Below, piece after piece: positions 1-14,099 of a stretch of 64,000 nucleotides of DNA. This DNA comes from Octopus vulgaris (taxonomy: Eukaryota). The stretch is from the NCBI GenBank assembly GCA_951406725.2, contig OX597817.1, positions 27,590,001-27,654,000 of the forward strand, read 5' to 3'. The position numbers and the translations under genes are program-made. The notes beneath the pieces were generated by a model. It had not been told where the DNA came from, did not search any database, and saw nothing but the letters and a program-made list of their open reading frames with translations. Numbering within the stretch: the stretch's first letter is position 1; each line of letters begins with the position of its first letter.

Positions 1-202
1 GGATTTCTGATTATTCAGTCTAGCTTAAGGAAGCCCTCACTTATCCCAACATATTTCTGTGTCCTTCATTGAAGACAACAACCTCAGTGTCTCATTCACT
101 ATTCAGTGGACCCTCACTACTAGCCATACATTTACATCCTGCTTCTCTCTCTCTCTCCCTCTCTCTGGCTGTGCTGTGTGGTGTATACAAACATACATAC
201 AT

Positions 203-210
<8 letters not shown>

Positions 211-262
<52 letters not shown>
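211..262. repeat. (TA)n microsatellite, representative of dozens of (TA)n/(CA)n/(TATG)n tracts in the window
   Basis: Perfect AT dinucleotide run. Such tracts explain the [12 protein letters not shown] ORFs. Confidence 0.99.
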
Positions 263-264
<2 letters not shown>

Positions 265-430
265 GACGGGTTTCTTCTTTCAGATTCCGTCTACCAAATC
301 TACTCACAGTACTTTGGTCGGCCCGAGGCTACAGTAGCAGACACTTGCCCAAGGTGCCATGCAGTGGGACTGTACTCGGAACCATCTAGTTAGGAAGCAA
401 GCTTCTTAACACAAAGCTATTCCTGGAACG
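262..430 (-). mobile_element. SINE family B, 5' half (tRNA-like head)
   Basis: Reverse complement matches the head of the copies at 39247 and 10719 (cccactgcgtggcaccttgggcaagtgtc...ctgaaagaagcccgtcgt). Confidence 0.85.
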
Positions 431-514
431 CAATTTAAATAAAATTGTATATATGCATGTTTGTATGTATATATGTATGTGTGCATATATAACTCTCTAT
501 ATTCATATGTATGT

Positions 515-580
<66 letters not shown>

Positions 581-2135
581 TCTATTATATATAGGTATAT
601 ATGCATACATATATACATATATATATTATATAGATGTAGATATTTTATATATGGATATATATGTATATATATATACAATATTTAACGAGTGGGGGTGAGA
701 TGTGTGCATAAATGTACGTTTATGTGGATGTACGTATGCATTATGTCCGTATATGTATGTAATTGAAATTTGAAAAGCAATAAAGGATGAACAAATTTAA
801 TTATCCCACCCGTCAACTCCATAAGGCACATTGCACTCGTAAACCTTCATTATTCAGCTAAACTCGATGTTGTTTCTATTAAAACGTTAATTTATATGAG
901 ATTTTCTTAATATTTATTAGCGGGGAAGAGATTAAATAAGTGGGATCAGATGCCTAGGTACTTTCTAAAAATTTCTATAGCATCATTGTGTAATACCAAA
1001 ATATGTAAACCATGCTGTGGTAAATCTTTTATATGCCTATAACGTTAACGAATTATTTTTTTCGTTCAAGTTAATTATTTTTGTTTATATATATTCACCA
1101 CCTAAGAAGTATTCATTTATATTTTATCATTCTGCAGCTTCACTATTATCTAAGGATTATGATACAGAGCACGCTGACATGAAAATTTAATAAAATATAT
1201 AAACATAATGATAGAAATCAAGAAGGAAGAAAATCCTAACTATCTTCAGGATTCACTAACGCTGATTGGTTCGTTATCGACTATTATTTTATAAGGCATT
1301 ATTGACTTAACGTATCCTGCTGCTTTACCCTCAAATATGTTCCATCTACAAAGTACACTTTTCAATATTTTATTGTCTCATTCCTAATAAACAATAAACT
1401 TGCACACCTAACGATATGCAGGCTTAAATTAATTTTAATATTGAGAATACATTGAATTTCAAGAGGTTGAAATATATTAATCATTCATCAAAATTTATTG
1501 AAAGACGACACAGTAATTTCTTAATTTCAAGACGACAAGAGTATAACAATAGTAACAGTATCATTTACAGAATCACTATATTATAATAGAATCACTATTA
1601 CTATTATAGAATCACTACGGTGGTGTAGTTATCTGAGCCTGCAATCAAATGACTTTCAAATGAAAATGCATTCTATAAGCCATTCGAATTTCTGTGCCTA
1701 TACAATATATTTCTTCGAAGGTATTTAAAGTCCACTACACTTAAGGAGATTCAGCAGAAATGAATCACTGATTTCTCTTTTGTATTTGTTTGTGTGTACG
1801 TGTGTATGTGTGTGTGTGTGTGTGTGTGCGTATGCGTCTGCGTTTGTGTGTGTGTGCGTGTGCTTCTTTGTGTTTTTGTCATTGCTATACACATTAACCA
1901 TAAATTAACAGATCACGAACATGATTACTTTGGCTAAAATGTTTCAGTGACCATAGGTAACAAAACGGGTATTTAAGTTAGCTGGAATATCTTAAATTTT
2001 TCAATGTATGCACACTAAATAAACTTTGCTTCAACATTTGTGTGATTGGATTACTTCTTGTCTCTCTCTCTCATTTCACAGTTAGGTATCCAAACACCTT
2101 GAGGAAAATTAGGTGTCATATATATGAAATGAGAC

Positions 2136-2186
<51 letters not shown>

Positions 2187-2312
2187 ACATACCTATATAT
2201 ATATATTTAAAATGAATATGTAGCTTCAACCGTGTTTTCTGACGTGAATTTGCTACCCAGGTATCGGTTAACCTAATTATCAATACTAGGATAATTCATT
2301 CACCTACTTAAA

Positions 2313-2398
<86 letters not shown>

Positions 2399-3321
2399 TT
2401 TATGTGTGTGTGTGTGTGTGTAAACACAGATGATATATGTAGAGATTCTGAATATAGAAAACACAGAACCGCTCAAAAGATTTGAACTTAAACTCCTAAA
2501 CCTTTACCGAGGTTCAAGCCCACGAGGTAAAAAAAATGAGTGTAAGGGGAATCAAGATGAGCAGAAATGAACACATATAAACAAGTACTACTGCTTGGGT
2601 TTCATATACAAAATATAAATATGCATACATGCAAATAGAGAGACAACAAAGACTGGAAAAATTTTCAGACAGTAATCATTCAAGTATAACTATAGAGATA
2701 TTTATACATTAACAAAGCAAACTTCCACAGAGTATAAAGATACCAAATTAAAGGGAGCAGGTATGGTGTTACATGTCCGACAGCTGTTTCTGGGTATCAA
2801 GAGTTACATCATGATATTAGCAGATATCGTTACACAGAATATGCAACTGGTAATCGTAGCATAAACATTGTTCCTCCACTACTGCTTACTTTGCTCTTCT
2901 GCCTACTCTACCTTAAAATTTCCCTGCATCACGATCTGAAATGGAAGTTTTATCTCTCCAGCCTGAAGACTGAGGCCGTATCTATCCAATGTTTATTCGA
3001 TCCATTTGCTCAATCTCGCAGTCGACACGTCTATTACAAGCAAGTTATATTTGCTAGATCATTGTATTTATCATTGCTTTTGTATTTGGAAACGAATAGA
3101 AATGGTATTAATAATACAAATAACAATATTCCATGAAAGTAAAATTTCTTCTGTCATTACTTAGTGTTAAATAGAGAGTAGGTCTGCTGGTTTGTGATGC
3201 ATTGTCCCTTTCCTAACTCCAGTTTTGGAGACTCTGAAAAATGTCATGAATGCTATCTGTCTTGTGCTTTTTCAGTTTCCCTCGTATCGCACGTTCGAAG
3301 TACGATATAACGGGATAATAA

Positions 3322-3557
3322 GGCGGCGAGGTGGCAGAAACATTAGCACGCCGGGCGAAATGCTTAGCTGTATTTCGTCTGTCGCTACGTTCTGAGTTCA
3401 AATTCTGCCGAAGTCGACTTTGCCTTTCATCCTTTCGGGGTCGACTAAATAGGTACCAGTTACGCTCTGGGGTCGATATAATCGATTTAATCCGTTTGTC
3501 TGTACTTGTTTGTCCCCTCTATGTTTAGCCCCTTGTGGGTAGTAAAGAAATAGATAC
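3322..3557 (+). mobile_element. SINE family A carrying the L1/Tx1-type 3' tail
   Basis: ggcggcgag...ggggtcgat core, then tail ttgtttgtcccctctatgtttagccccttgtgggtagtaaagaaat. 13-bp TSD aacgggataataa at 3309-3321 and 3558-3570. Confidence 0.9.
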
Positions 3558-5118
3558 AACGGGATAATAATAATGCCCTTGCAAATCGTTCTAATCCAGA
3601 TACTGCTAATAACCTTCGACAATACACGAATCTCCGCCTTACTCTGCTTTACACTACTGAAGGCTCTCTACATATATCCATATATATTGCAGCACAGTCC
3701 ATTAGGAGCCAACCAATAGGGTGTTCTACTTCCACGCAATAGCTTCACAAGAAACAAATGATGGGACGTCTATATGGTTGCTATACCTGCTTGAAATAAA
3801 GTCTTATATAAGAAACAACACAACGAATAATATAAGGCGCAATAGACTGAAAATATGATAGATTTGTGATGGCTTGGACACATTTATTCAAAGATCTGCT
3901 CAATCAATGTTAACTAGGGACGAAAAATAGGCAAAAATAGTTGCAACAAGAACAGTAAATCTTAAATCAGTCACTTAATACACAATGGAATAAACATAAT
4001 TAAAGACAATAAGATGTAAAGGAAAATGACGTACATTCTACTCCATGAAATAGTAGAAGCTAACCTTAAAAAAAGCATGCACTTTAGAATCATCAATTGA
4101 TAAAAATAAATGAATTGTACACATTTGATTTTCGTGATAGATGCGCATAAATAAATGTGATTGATATATTACATGCTCGCCAAATTTAATCTAAACAAAG
4201 CATCGAAGAATATATTCGAAGACAGCAATTCTTTGTAAACAACTAGTGCTTTCAAATTAGAATTTCTAGGCGACTTTGCCATAGTTCATTAGCTTATTCA
4301 GTTCATTAGCTTTTCTATGTAAGAGAAACAAAAAAACAAGTCGTCAATAAGAGAAAAATATTCAAATATCGGATAGCTCACGCCCATTAAATTGTGCAGC
4401 TTCAAGTAACATCCCAATGAAGTGATAAATACATACGTGAGTGTGTGAGTCATAAATATATTTTCAGAATTTTCTGATTTGTGATTCTTACTTTAATACT
4501 CAAACACTTACGCATTCTTAATGTAAAAGATACATATATGAATAGCCGTATATATGTTAAGTATGTGTCTTTGTCTATGTGCTTGTATAATTGAGCAAAA
4601 TACGAATTCAGGCAAGGTTACATTGATGCAAGCATACCTCTATAATTATGCATATATATATATTTCTCTTCATATATCCGGAGGCACAAAAACATTGAAC
4701 TGCATAGGCAAATGTAATAATAAATATATTTAAAAGCAATTTTCTATTATCTCTTGCAAACACACATATCTGTAAACAAACATATCGCATATATATGTGT
4801 GTATGTGTGTGTGTGACTGTGTGCGCGCGTACGTATAATTAGAAACTGCATATATTGACGAACATAATAGACAAACACGAATATATATGTATATATACGT
4901 AAATATATATGTAAAATGCATGTACGCATGTATCGATGCACATACATATAAATACATACTACATATCTACATGTATAAATACATATATATATATATGTAT
5001 ATACACACATATGTACATGCACACATATATTTGCATATGTAGTAATGATTAAAAGTGAAAATGCACACGTTGGCAAATTAAATAAGTGTGTGTGTTTCCA
5101 TCTTCATATATGTGTGTG

Positions 5119-5240
<122 letters not shown>

Positions 5241-5309
5241 TATGCATTTATTTACAAACACACATACACACAGACACACACACACATATATATATATACA
5301 TCTATATAT

Positions 5310-5345
<36 letters not shown>

Positions 5346-5414
5346 GGAGAGAGAGAAAGATAGAGAGAAAGGGAAATGGAGTGAGAGACACGGAAAGAGA
5401 AGTGATACAGATAA

Positions 5415-5420
5415 ATAGAT

Positions 5421-5503
<83 letters not shown>

Positions 5504-5530
5504 CAGATAGATAGATAGATAGATAGATAG
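5415..5530. repeat. (GATA)n microsatellite within a compound TA/TG/GA tract
   Basis: Direct reading. A second (GATA)n lies at about 35205-35288. Confidence 0.98.
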
Positions 5531-5599
5531 AGACTTGAATTATTTAGCAACATTCAATTTGGAACCGCTCGAAGCAAATATTGTTTGATTGGTTGAAAG

Positions 5600-6350
5600 A
5601 AATATCCGTTTCTCTTGACATTTGGCAGCTGGAATTTCTATTCATCTGCAAAGACCAGAAAAGTGATGGTTACTGCTGATACTGTCCACGATTTTTGCCG
5701 ATCAATTATGAAACCAAGGTCCTCGTATTTGTTGATAGCCTGCTGCATTGCATAATCCAATACAATTACAAACATATAAGGTGCAAGCGTGTCTCCTTGT
5801 AGGACCCCAGGCGGTATATGAAAGAACTCCATTTCTCCGTTAGAGGACATCACACGAGCTCTGGTCTTCTCATAAATATTTGCAATGGCAAGAACTAGTT
5901 CTTCTACAAAGTCATATGCTCGAAGGATCTTTAACATTTTGTCACAGTGGATGTTGTTAGACGCTCTACTAAAGCCCACGAGGGTTATAATGGCAGATAG
6001 CTGTCTTGATTTAACTCCTTCTATGATACACCTCAGGGAGAAGATCTGAGATGTAGAACTCTCTGGTCTGAATCCATTTTGATTTGGTCACAAACAGCTA
6101 TGAAGCACGTATTGAATCTTGTTGAGGATCCTTCTGTTGATAGCTTGGAGTGAAATATTGAACAGTGCAATTCTTTTGTGGTTAGATTTCATTGCTGAGG
6201 TTTTCTGACTCAAGTAAATCTCGGACCATTGATCTGGACTTCCCCGGCTCAGCAAGAGCTTATTCGCAAACTCCAGTATTATTTCATCCAGATTGCACGT
6301 CTTGATAACTTCAGAGGGAATTCCATCAGGCCTGATTGCATTCTGTTCTA
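5600..6350 (-). mobile_element. Degenerate RTE-clade LINE, reverse-transcriptase fragment
   Basis: ORF 5638-5979 has GVLQGDTLAPYMFVIVLDYAM and FADE (the FADD motif). Upstream sequence carries PDGIP and QNGFRP-like remnants broken by frameshifts. Confidence 0.88.
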
Positions 6351-7926
6351 TAAAGCAATCATCAACAGCTCTTCCTTAAATAAACACTATCTAATTTATA
6401 TATAGTTCATTTGATTTACGCTGTGTTGTATATAAAATAGATATTTAAATAAATGCTAGCTGTCATAAGTTCAAATAAGCAAATTAGACTATACACAGTT
6501 GGGCAAATCTAACTTACAACTGTTTATATAACAGATGATTTTTGCTTTTGATTGGTAATGAAATCGGCTATGTCTTCCTTGAAGAGTGGTCAACACTCTG
6601 TGGAACGGTCCGACAGAAGGCTCCTCTTATTGCACATGAACCGCATATAAAGAATGTGATTAATGTGCTAACAGTTTTCTAAAACATACAGATCGGCTTT
6701 CTAATATATAAATTATTTCTATCTTTCTGATGTTGCTCTGTTGAGTACTACACACACACACACAAAACACACACACAAACACAAACACACACACGCACAC
6801 ATACACACACACACACATTACATAGACATTTATGTGTTTGTCTCTGTGCTTTTATGTGTGTACGGGTGTATTTTATGTATTCAATTTCTTATTTGAATTA
6901 CTCAGAAATTGACTACATAAATGAAATAGTTGCAACATTTGAATCCCAAGTGACCGAAGAAAATCAAATCTGTTATACGAATATATATTGCAGAGCCGCT
7001 CACGGGCGTTAAACATAAATACGTAAATCGACTCTCACTTAGAGAATAGTGTACCAACCTAATTTTGTCAATGATCGATATTGTTAGCCTGCAGTGAATA
7101 TAATAGCAATAACTCACAATAACAAATGTTTTAGAGTAAAAAAAAAAAGACTATTTATATACGGTAATTCCGCTAAATTTCAATAAAATTTATGAACCGT
7201 GCAAGTAAGTACTTCTCTGAATGTTATTACTTACAACTGCATCGCAAAACTAAATAAAAATGACAATTTTCTTTTAGTCCTTGCTGTGAGTTACTTTCAG
7301 AACTTATGTCTAATTTGTCAAGTATACATTCACTCAATAATACTTCTATTGCGTCTATCACGCCGTTTTTGTGCTATAGTATGCACCGAGCTAATTTCTG
7401 AGGAACTGATGTTTAATTTCAGGTACATTTAGCAGTTATGTTTCTGGAGATCAAGACGCAGTAACGCAAAGGCTCATTCATTGGCATGGCAGTAAAAGTT
7501 GAATTTTAGTCTAAATGACTAGTAGTATTTGCGTGCATCTTATATTTTTAGTGCAAACTTTATTTGAGACTGGTTACTTATTCTTTTCTTCTGTTGCGCA
7601 AATCTGACTCAGTCCTGAACGAACTGATCTTTTCATATATCCCAAATGGGGGAATGTAATCCTAAGATGGCCTACTTGATAATGTATAGCAAAACCTATT
7701 CCTAGTACTTTTCAGTATTTATTCCAGTTCTTTATATTCTGATTTGAAATGTAGCTGAGGTAAGCTTTAACTCACACCCCACCTTCAGGGTCACTAAACC
7801 ATTCGTGTAGTGGATTCATAGGCAGTGACTAATATTATTCTCTTATATTTGCTAGTCATGTACCTACACCAGATACCAGTATCAGTAGTCACGAATTCTA
7901 GCCTACTTTAGTCTATATTACTTTAG

Positions 7927-8315
7927 AATGGAGGCGCAATGGCCCAGTGGTTAGGGCAGCGGACTCGCGGTCATAGGATCGTGGTTTCGATTCCCAGACC
8001 GGGCGTTGTGACTGTTTATTGAGCGAAAACACCTAAAAGCTCCACGAGTCTCCGGCAGGGATGGTGGTGATCCCTGCTGTACTCTTTCACCACAACTTTC
8101 TCTCACTCTTACTTCCTGTTTCTGTTGTACCTGTATTTCAAGGGACCGGCCTTGTCACTCTCTGTGTCACGCTGAATATCCCCGAGAACTACGTTAAGGG
8201 TGCACGTGTCTGTGGAGTGCTCAGCCACTTGCACGTTAATTTCACGAGCAGGCTGTTCCGTTGATTCGGATCAACCGGAACCCTCATCGTCGTAACCGAA
8301 GGAGTGCCCCCACCA
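7927..8315 (+). mobile_element. Full-length tRNA-derived SINE (OR1/OR2-like)
   Basis: A-box-like tggcccagtggttagg, B-box-like ggtttcgattccc. 12-bp TSD atattactttag at 7915-7926 and 8316-8327. Confidence 0.9.
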
Positions 8316-8711
8316 ATATTACTTTAGTTCAGTTAGCATGTTGCCAATGACAAACATTGAACTTGAATATTCTTCAAAACTAAGTGAGGATTTTTGGTTA
8401 TTTTACATCACAGGCCCAGTAAGTACACGTTCAGTATTGCGGTATAATGTTAATTTTTGTCAGCATGTTTCGGTTATTAGCTGTGGGATCGTTTCGGTAC
8501 AGCGTACATCCTCCCTGTAAATAAAGTACCTTTTGTTTTCAAATTTTGCATTTTGTCTCATCTGAAATCATTAGCTCTCTCACACGGAAAACGTGAAGAA
8601 AACACATCTAGGCTGGCGAGAGCATTTTTTCCAACTTTTTGGCCCAGAATAGTTTACTGTTCCTCCTTTTAACCCCATCTCTCCCTCTCCTTCCTCCTCC
8701 TCCTCCTCCTC

Positions 8712-8743
<32 letters not shown>

Positions 8744-9186
8744 GCTGCTACTACTACTACTACTAATTGATGTTTTTACGACTACAGTAGGTTTAGCACT
8801 ACCTTTAGGACCAATCACAGCAAATAGCAGTGCATCAAGGCCGGAGAGTTGAAGAAGCTACTACACAAGAGCAGAATTCAACGGACGAAGTTAAGAAGAA
8901 ACCCGGCTAACTTGCTAGTAGGAATATTCAAGTGGTTGCCATCGAATAGTAATTTTCGTGAAGAGACAACGAGGTCATACTCCACTGAATGCTTTATTGA
9001 TGTGAAGAGCAGATGTTTTGTATGTTTCTGTTGTAAATAATTAACGGTATTGTTGCCTTCCAATTTGTTCAATTGAAATCATCTTTGATTATTTATACGG
9101 GTTTTATTATCGCTTGTTTGCATGAACTTAATTTGCTTAAGGCTACTGTTTTATCTCTAGAAATGCGATTTCATTTCAGTAAAGGG

Positions 9187-9196
9187 ATTATTATTA

Positions 9197-9264
<68 letters not shown>
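9187..9264. repeat. (TAT)n microsatellite
   Basis: Direct reading. Produces the poly-I ORF 9073-9309. Confidence 0.98.
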
Positions 9265-10718
9265 GATGTCGTTGCTGTTGTTGTTGTTGTGTTTTTTACC
9301 ATCACCTAATCGATTTTTCTCTTGAGGGTTATTAGCCGCAAGTTATTCGATAGGGTATTTTAATTAAGTAGGCTTTTCAGAATTATATAATTTTATAATA
9401 ATTAATGATTCGATTATATTTTATAGACTAGCCCAAATTAGTGGCAGCTTTTATATCCCAACTCAATTCCTATTAGATTTATAAAGCGAAGGACTAATCG
9501 ATCTTATATTGTATAGGAACGATTAGATTGTTTATTTTAAATAATTGCTTAGAAGTTTCTGCTATTTTTTTTTTTCGTTTAATACGTCGGTTATTTCCTC
9601 TTTATATGAACTTCGAAATTTACTTCACAAAGCCACACAACATTATTATGGAACATTAAAGACATGAGCATAACATGCAGAATACACTGCATTCATTCAT
9701 GTATGACCAGTGACCAGAGAATGAAGTGCACGAACAAAAGCATTTAAGATAAAATATAAAGCATATATTTATGATTGCAGTACTTGTTGGACAGGATGCT
9801 GGCTAAGTTGACTGTGGTGTCTGTCGTTATACTTTAAGAGTAATTAAAGGTTTTGTAATGTGGCCTTTCGAATGTGTGAAGCTTGTACAAAGCACTTGAT
9901 ATTGGAGTTATATCAAATATTAATTTGAGTTGCCTATTCAGTGAAACAATGACTTCTAATTTTGGCATATGACTATTCTATGGCTTTACTATTTTAGGAT
10001 ACAAATTTAATCGGTATAATAAGTACATCGTGAGTAGTTATTCTAAGGAAATTGAAAGGATGAAATGCAGTCCTAACTCAAAAGCATTTGGATCTGAATT
10101 GAAAAACACTATATCTAATAAACTAGTACTTCCCTCTTACTGTTACCGTCTTGAGTTAAGATGATAAAAATTGAGCCAGGCCATGTTTGATAAATAAAGC
10201 TTGACCTTAAATATTTCACAAACTCGAGGAAATATAGCTACGGAGAAAATTATTGCAGTAAATATCAAAAGCTTGGTGAATGTGCATTTCAAATTTGTCA
10301 ATGTCATACGAAATCGCCAAAAACTGAATTTCTTCTAGTTGGAAAAAGCAAAAAGTAGAGGCCGCTCAAGATGCCACTCAGTAAGATCGTATCGGACAGT
10401 TAATATTTGCGCAGCGAACCTCCTAAACAGTCGGTCATACAGAGCTTAAAACACCTTAATTCGGGTCTACTCGGGCCACATTTTAAATATGAGGAATTTT
10501 GCCCTAGAGGCCACGCCTTTCAATTGAGCAAACTCAAAGTTGCCATGAACACTCCCCAGCACTTTTGACATGGGTGTGCAAATTTTCAGGTCTATCTAAT
10601 CACATTTACTAACACTTTTTCCTGCACAACTGCTTGCGGAGCAACGTCAGCCCTTTTCACAAATATATAGTAGATATATATGTGTGTGTGTGGGGGGGGG
10701 TCCTATGTAAATATTTAT

Positions 10719-11139
10719 AGGCGTAGGCGTGGCTGTGCAGTAAGGTGCTTGCTTTCTAATCATATGATTCCAGGTGCTATCCCACTGCGTGGGACCGCGG
10801 GCAAGTGTTTTTTTATCATAGCCTCGCGCCGACCGAAGCCTTCTGAGGGAATTTAGTAGTCGGAAACTGAAAGAAGCCCGTCTTATATATATAAATATAT
10901 GTATATGTATATGTATTTGTATGTTTGTGTCTATGTTGATTCCCCCTCCGCCATCGCTTGACAGGTGATGCTGGTGTGTTTTTGTCCCCCGTAACTAGCG
11001 GCTCGGCAAAAGTGATCGATAGAATAAGTACTAGTTTTACAAAGAATAAGTCCTGAGGTCGATTTGTTTGACTAAAACCACTTAAGGTGGTGCTCCAGCA
11101 TGGCCACAGTCAAATGACTGAAACAAATAAAAGAATAAA
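10719..11139 (+). mobile_element. SINE family B, diverged full-length copy with internal microsatellite
   Basis: Head, internal TA/TG tract, and tail ggtgctccagcatggccacagtcaaatgactgaaacaaataaaagaataa. Confidence 0.88.
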
Positions 11140-11475
11140 CACACACATGTGTTTATATACCTGCTTCTGTGTGTACTCCTTCAATAATATCAAACACAAG
11201 AAACAGAAAGATACTCATAGAAAAAAAAAAGAAAATTGAGACAGTGAAAATTTAATCACGCTTAATTTTGTACCACGGAGTAATAGCAATTATTGCATAT
11301 ATGTTTATATAACTGTTTTATAGGAACTAACGGTACGCGTCTGCCAAAGATGCTAAGGAAATTATTAAAGATAGCATCGGAGACAAGTAGATCTGATCAG
11401 GAATGCATCAAGAAGGTTCCTATACAACGAGGATGTTAATAAGGATGAATTAGGGTTGAAATCCTTTCAGGTTCT

Positions 11476-11507
<32 letters not shown>

Positions 11508-11530
11508 CATACATACATACATACATACAT

Positions 11531-11559
<29 letters not shown>

Positions 11560-11565
<6 letters not shown>

Positions 11566-11710
11566 AAGCAGCAGAAGATTCAACAAAACCTGTTACTCAG
11601 AGAAACAGGTTTTGTTGAATTTTCTGCTGCTTTAAATAAAGCATATTACTCTACCACTGGTATTTCAGTACTCTTTTTTCCACCTTGTTTCACATTTATG
11701 TGTTTACTCC

Positions 11711-11712
<2 letters not shown>
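11560..11712 (+). mobile_element. (TA)n-embedded foldback element with a 3' tail extension
   Basis: 35-bp arms at 11560-11594 and 11604-11638 (one mismatch), 9-nt loop, about 75-nt unique tail, (TA)n on both sides. Confidence 0.7.
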
Positions 11713-11775
<63 letters not shown>

Positions 11776-12234
11776 TACATACAAGTGCGTGAGTTAAATT
11801 AAGCTGATACATTCTACGTGGTCGTATAGGTAAAGCACAAACAGTCGTTTCAAAGTGCCTTCAGCGGGAAGCAAAGAATGTATTTCTAGCTTCTTGTCTA
11901 TCACCAACACAGTGTACCGCAAGAGAGACAATTCTGAAATAACTTCGCTTCTCTATAGAAACCCAGTATCATAACATGAAAAGATTCCGTGAGACGACAG
12001 CCTCCTTTACGAGAAAGTATTGAAGGAGACACGCGAACATTGTTTCAAGTAAGCAGATATCTACAACAATGCTGTTGATAGCCAAGAAACTAAAATGCAT
12101 TGACTGCTTCCACTAGAAGATGTCTTGAAATGATCCTTGAAATCACTGCACCCTTTTATAGGGTAAATATACCCCAAACATATTTCAGCTGATCTAACTA
12201 TTGCTGCTGCTTGTGACTACAATACACACACGCG

Positions 12235-12286
<52 letters not shown>

Positions 12287-12305
12287 GACTAACAAGGGAA
12301 ACAAG

Positions 12306-12619
12306 ACATTCTTTATTGCCCATAAAGGGCTAACATAGAGGGGACAAAACGATAAAACATGTAGGACATAAAATATACAAAATATAATACAAAATGTATA
12401 TTAGAATGTATGACAATATGAATATGAAAAATGTAAATGAAATCACTCGCCCCGCTTACGAGTGGCCTCATTGTCTACCTTTTGTATACTGTTCTTTCCA
12501 ACAGGTCAATCCCCGTCTTCAACCACTTTTCGTATTTTGTAATACTTGGAAGAGAACTCCGACTGCAGTTCACCTCCCAAGTATTAAATCCGAGTTGAAA
12601 TGAATTTATCTTTTCCTCT
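12306..12619 (-). mobile_element. 5'-truncated retroposon (ORF end, 3' UTR and L1/Tx1-type tail)
   Basis: Minus strand ends tttgtcccctctatgttagccctttatgggcaataaagaat. 21-bp TSD atgactaacaaggga(a/g)acaag at 12285-12305 and 12620-12640. Confidence 0.85.
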
Positions 12620-13803
12620 ATGACTAACAAGGGAGACAAGCTCCCTGCTGCATGCGAGACATACATACAGGTATATATGTATAAATAATTATGTAAATGT
12701 TTGTTGACCAATAAAAATACCGCGAAAGCTGGATGAAATGATAGCACGCCAGAGAAATTACCGCAAATATTTTTTTCTGATTCATAACGTTCTAAGTTCA
12801 AATTCTGCAAGGACCAGTTTACCTTTCAACCTCCAAAGAATCGATAAAATAAGATACCACTCAAATACAAGGTTCAATATAATCAACCCATCTCCTTCCC
12901 TCAAAATTTGTTGCTTTGTGCCAAAATTAGAAAACATCATTAGTCAACTAGTTAATCAATTAAACAGTTAACTAATCAATTGCCTCATTAATCATTCAAT
13001 CAATCAATCAATCAATCAATTACTTTGTCGGATTTTTTTCATCGGCATTCAGAACTTCATCAATGATAAGCCATTATCTCCAAATCTGCCTTGTATTTAT
13101 ACATTTTCAGGCTTGTGTGTACGACTGTGAATGAGTGTATGCCTGAATGAAGGTGTATATGACAGGGACGTTTGTATGTGTGTATGTCTGTGAGGAGGGG
13201 TAAGTATGTGCGTGTACGGGCGGCCTGTGCGACCGTTGTTTTCATGATTTGATACATCGTATTTCTATTTTTACGAGTGTCTGTCCGTTTCATTCAAGTT
13301 TGGCTTTCTTATTTCTCTAGAATAAAAAAAATATTCACACATTCACTGATACATAAACTTAGACAGCTACATACATACGTATGCATGTGTGTCAGTAATT
13401 GCATACGCGCATAGCATCCTTACGCATACACACACAGTCTCAGAGACACAGGTTTGCGCTGACTTATATACTGGAGCCAGAGCACATGTATGAATGTTAT
13501 ATAGTTGTAGTAAGTTAATTACTAAATATGTTTATCTTTTATGTTTATGAATATATACCTACAATAAATATTTATCTACCATCCATATCAACACAGGCTG
13601 AAAGCTAGGAATTGGGCGGGAGGGAAAACGGCTGATGGCATCGACCGTGGTGCTTCCATTAATCTCATTCTTTCACACACATCTATATATATGCATGTAT
13701 ATGTATGTAATTGTATGTTTGTGTATGTATATATGGGTATATGTGCGGATACATGTGTATATATGTATGTGTATATGTATATATGTATGTGTGCATGTGT
13801 GTG

Positions 13804-13859
<56 letters not shown>

Positions 13860-13871
13860 CACATATATATA

Positions 13872-14051
13872 TTCCTTCTTGCTGCGTGTATATTCTGCGA
13901 TGACATCCCCCACGCCGGCCTTCTCTTTGATGACCTCGCTACTGATGTGCTTTCTAAACGAGATTCCGCGATCTAGAGAGGAGTGGACAACGTGCTGTGA
14001 CCAGCGGTGTCAAATGAACGCCCGACGGACTGGTAGGTCAAGGTGATCAAG

Positions 14052-14055
<4 letters not shown>
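13872..14055 (+). mobile_element. Probable RTE-type LINE 3'-end fragment
   Basis: GC-richer island inside TA repeats, with RPA..DVL.RD-like remnants and a short repeated tail (caaggtga twice). Confidence 0.5.

Positions 14056-14099
<44 letters not shown>

Noticed and set aside
59-698. ORFs rich in YI, CV or TH dipeptides, here and throughout the window
   Set aside because: They are translations of dinucleotide microsatellites, open in several frames on both strands.
1570-1618. Three agaatcacta repeats with short spacers (CRISPR-like)
   Set aside because: 10-bp repeats with ~9-bp AT spacers in eukaryotic DNA. A simple degenerate minisatellite.
7929-8005. tRNA gene
   Set aside because: It continues into a SINE body enclosed by a TSD, so it is a tRNA-derived head. 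The same applies at 14868, 22660 and 50030.
10330-10600. GC-richer island with gtgtgcaaattttcag, reminiscent of Helitron bodies
   Set aside because: No termini could be identified.
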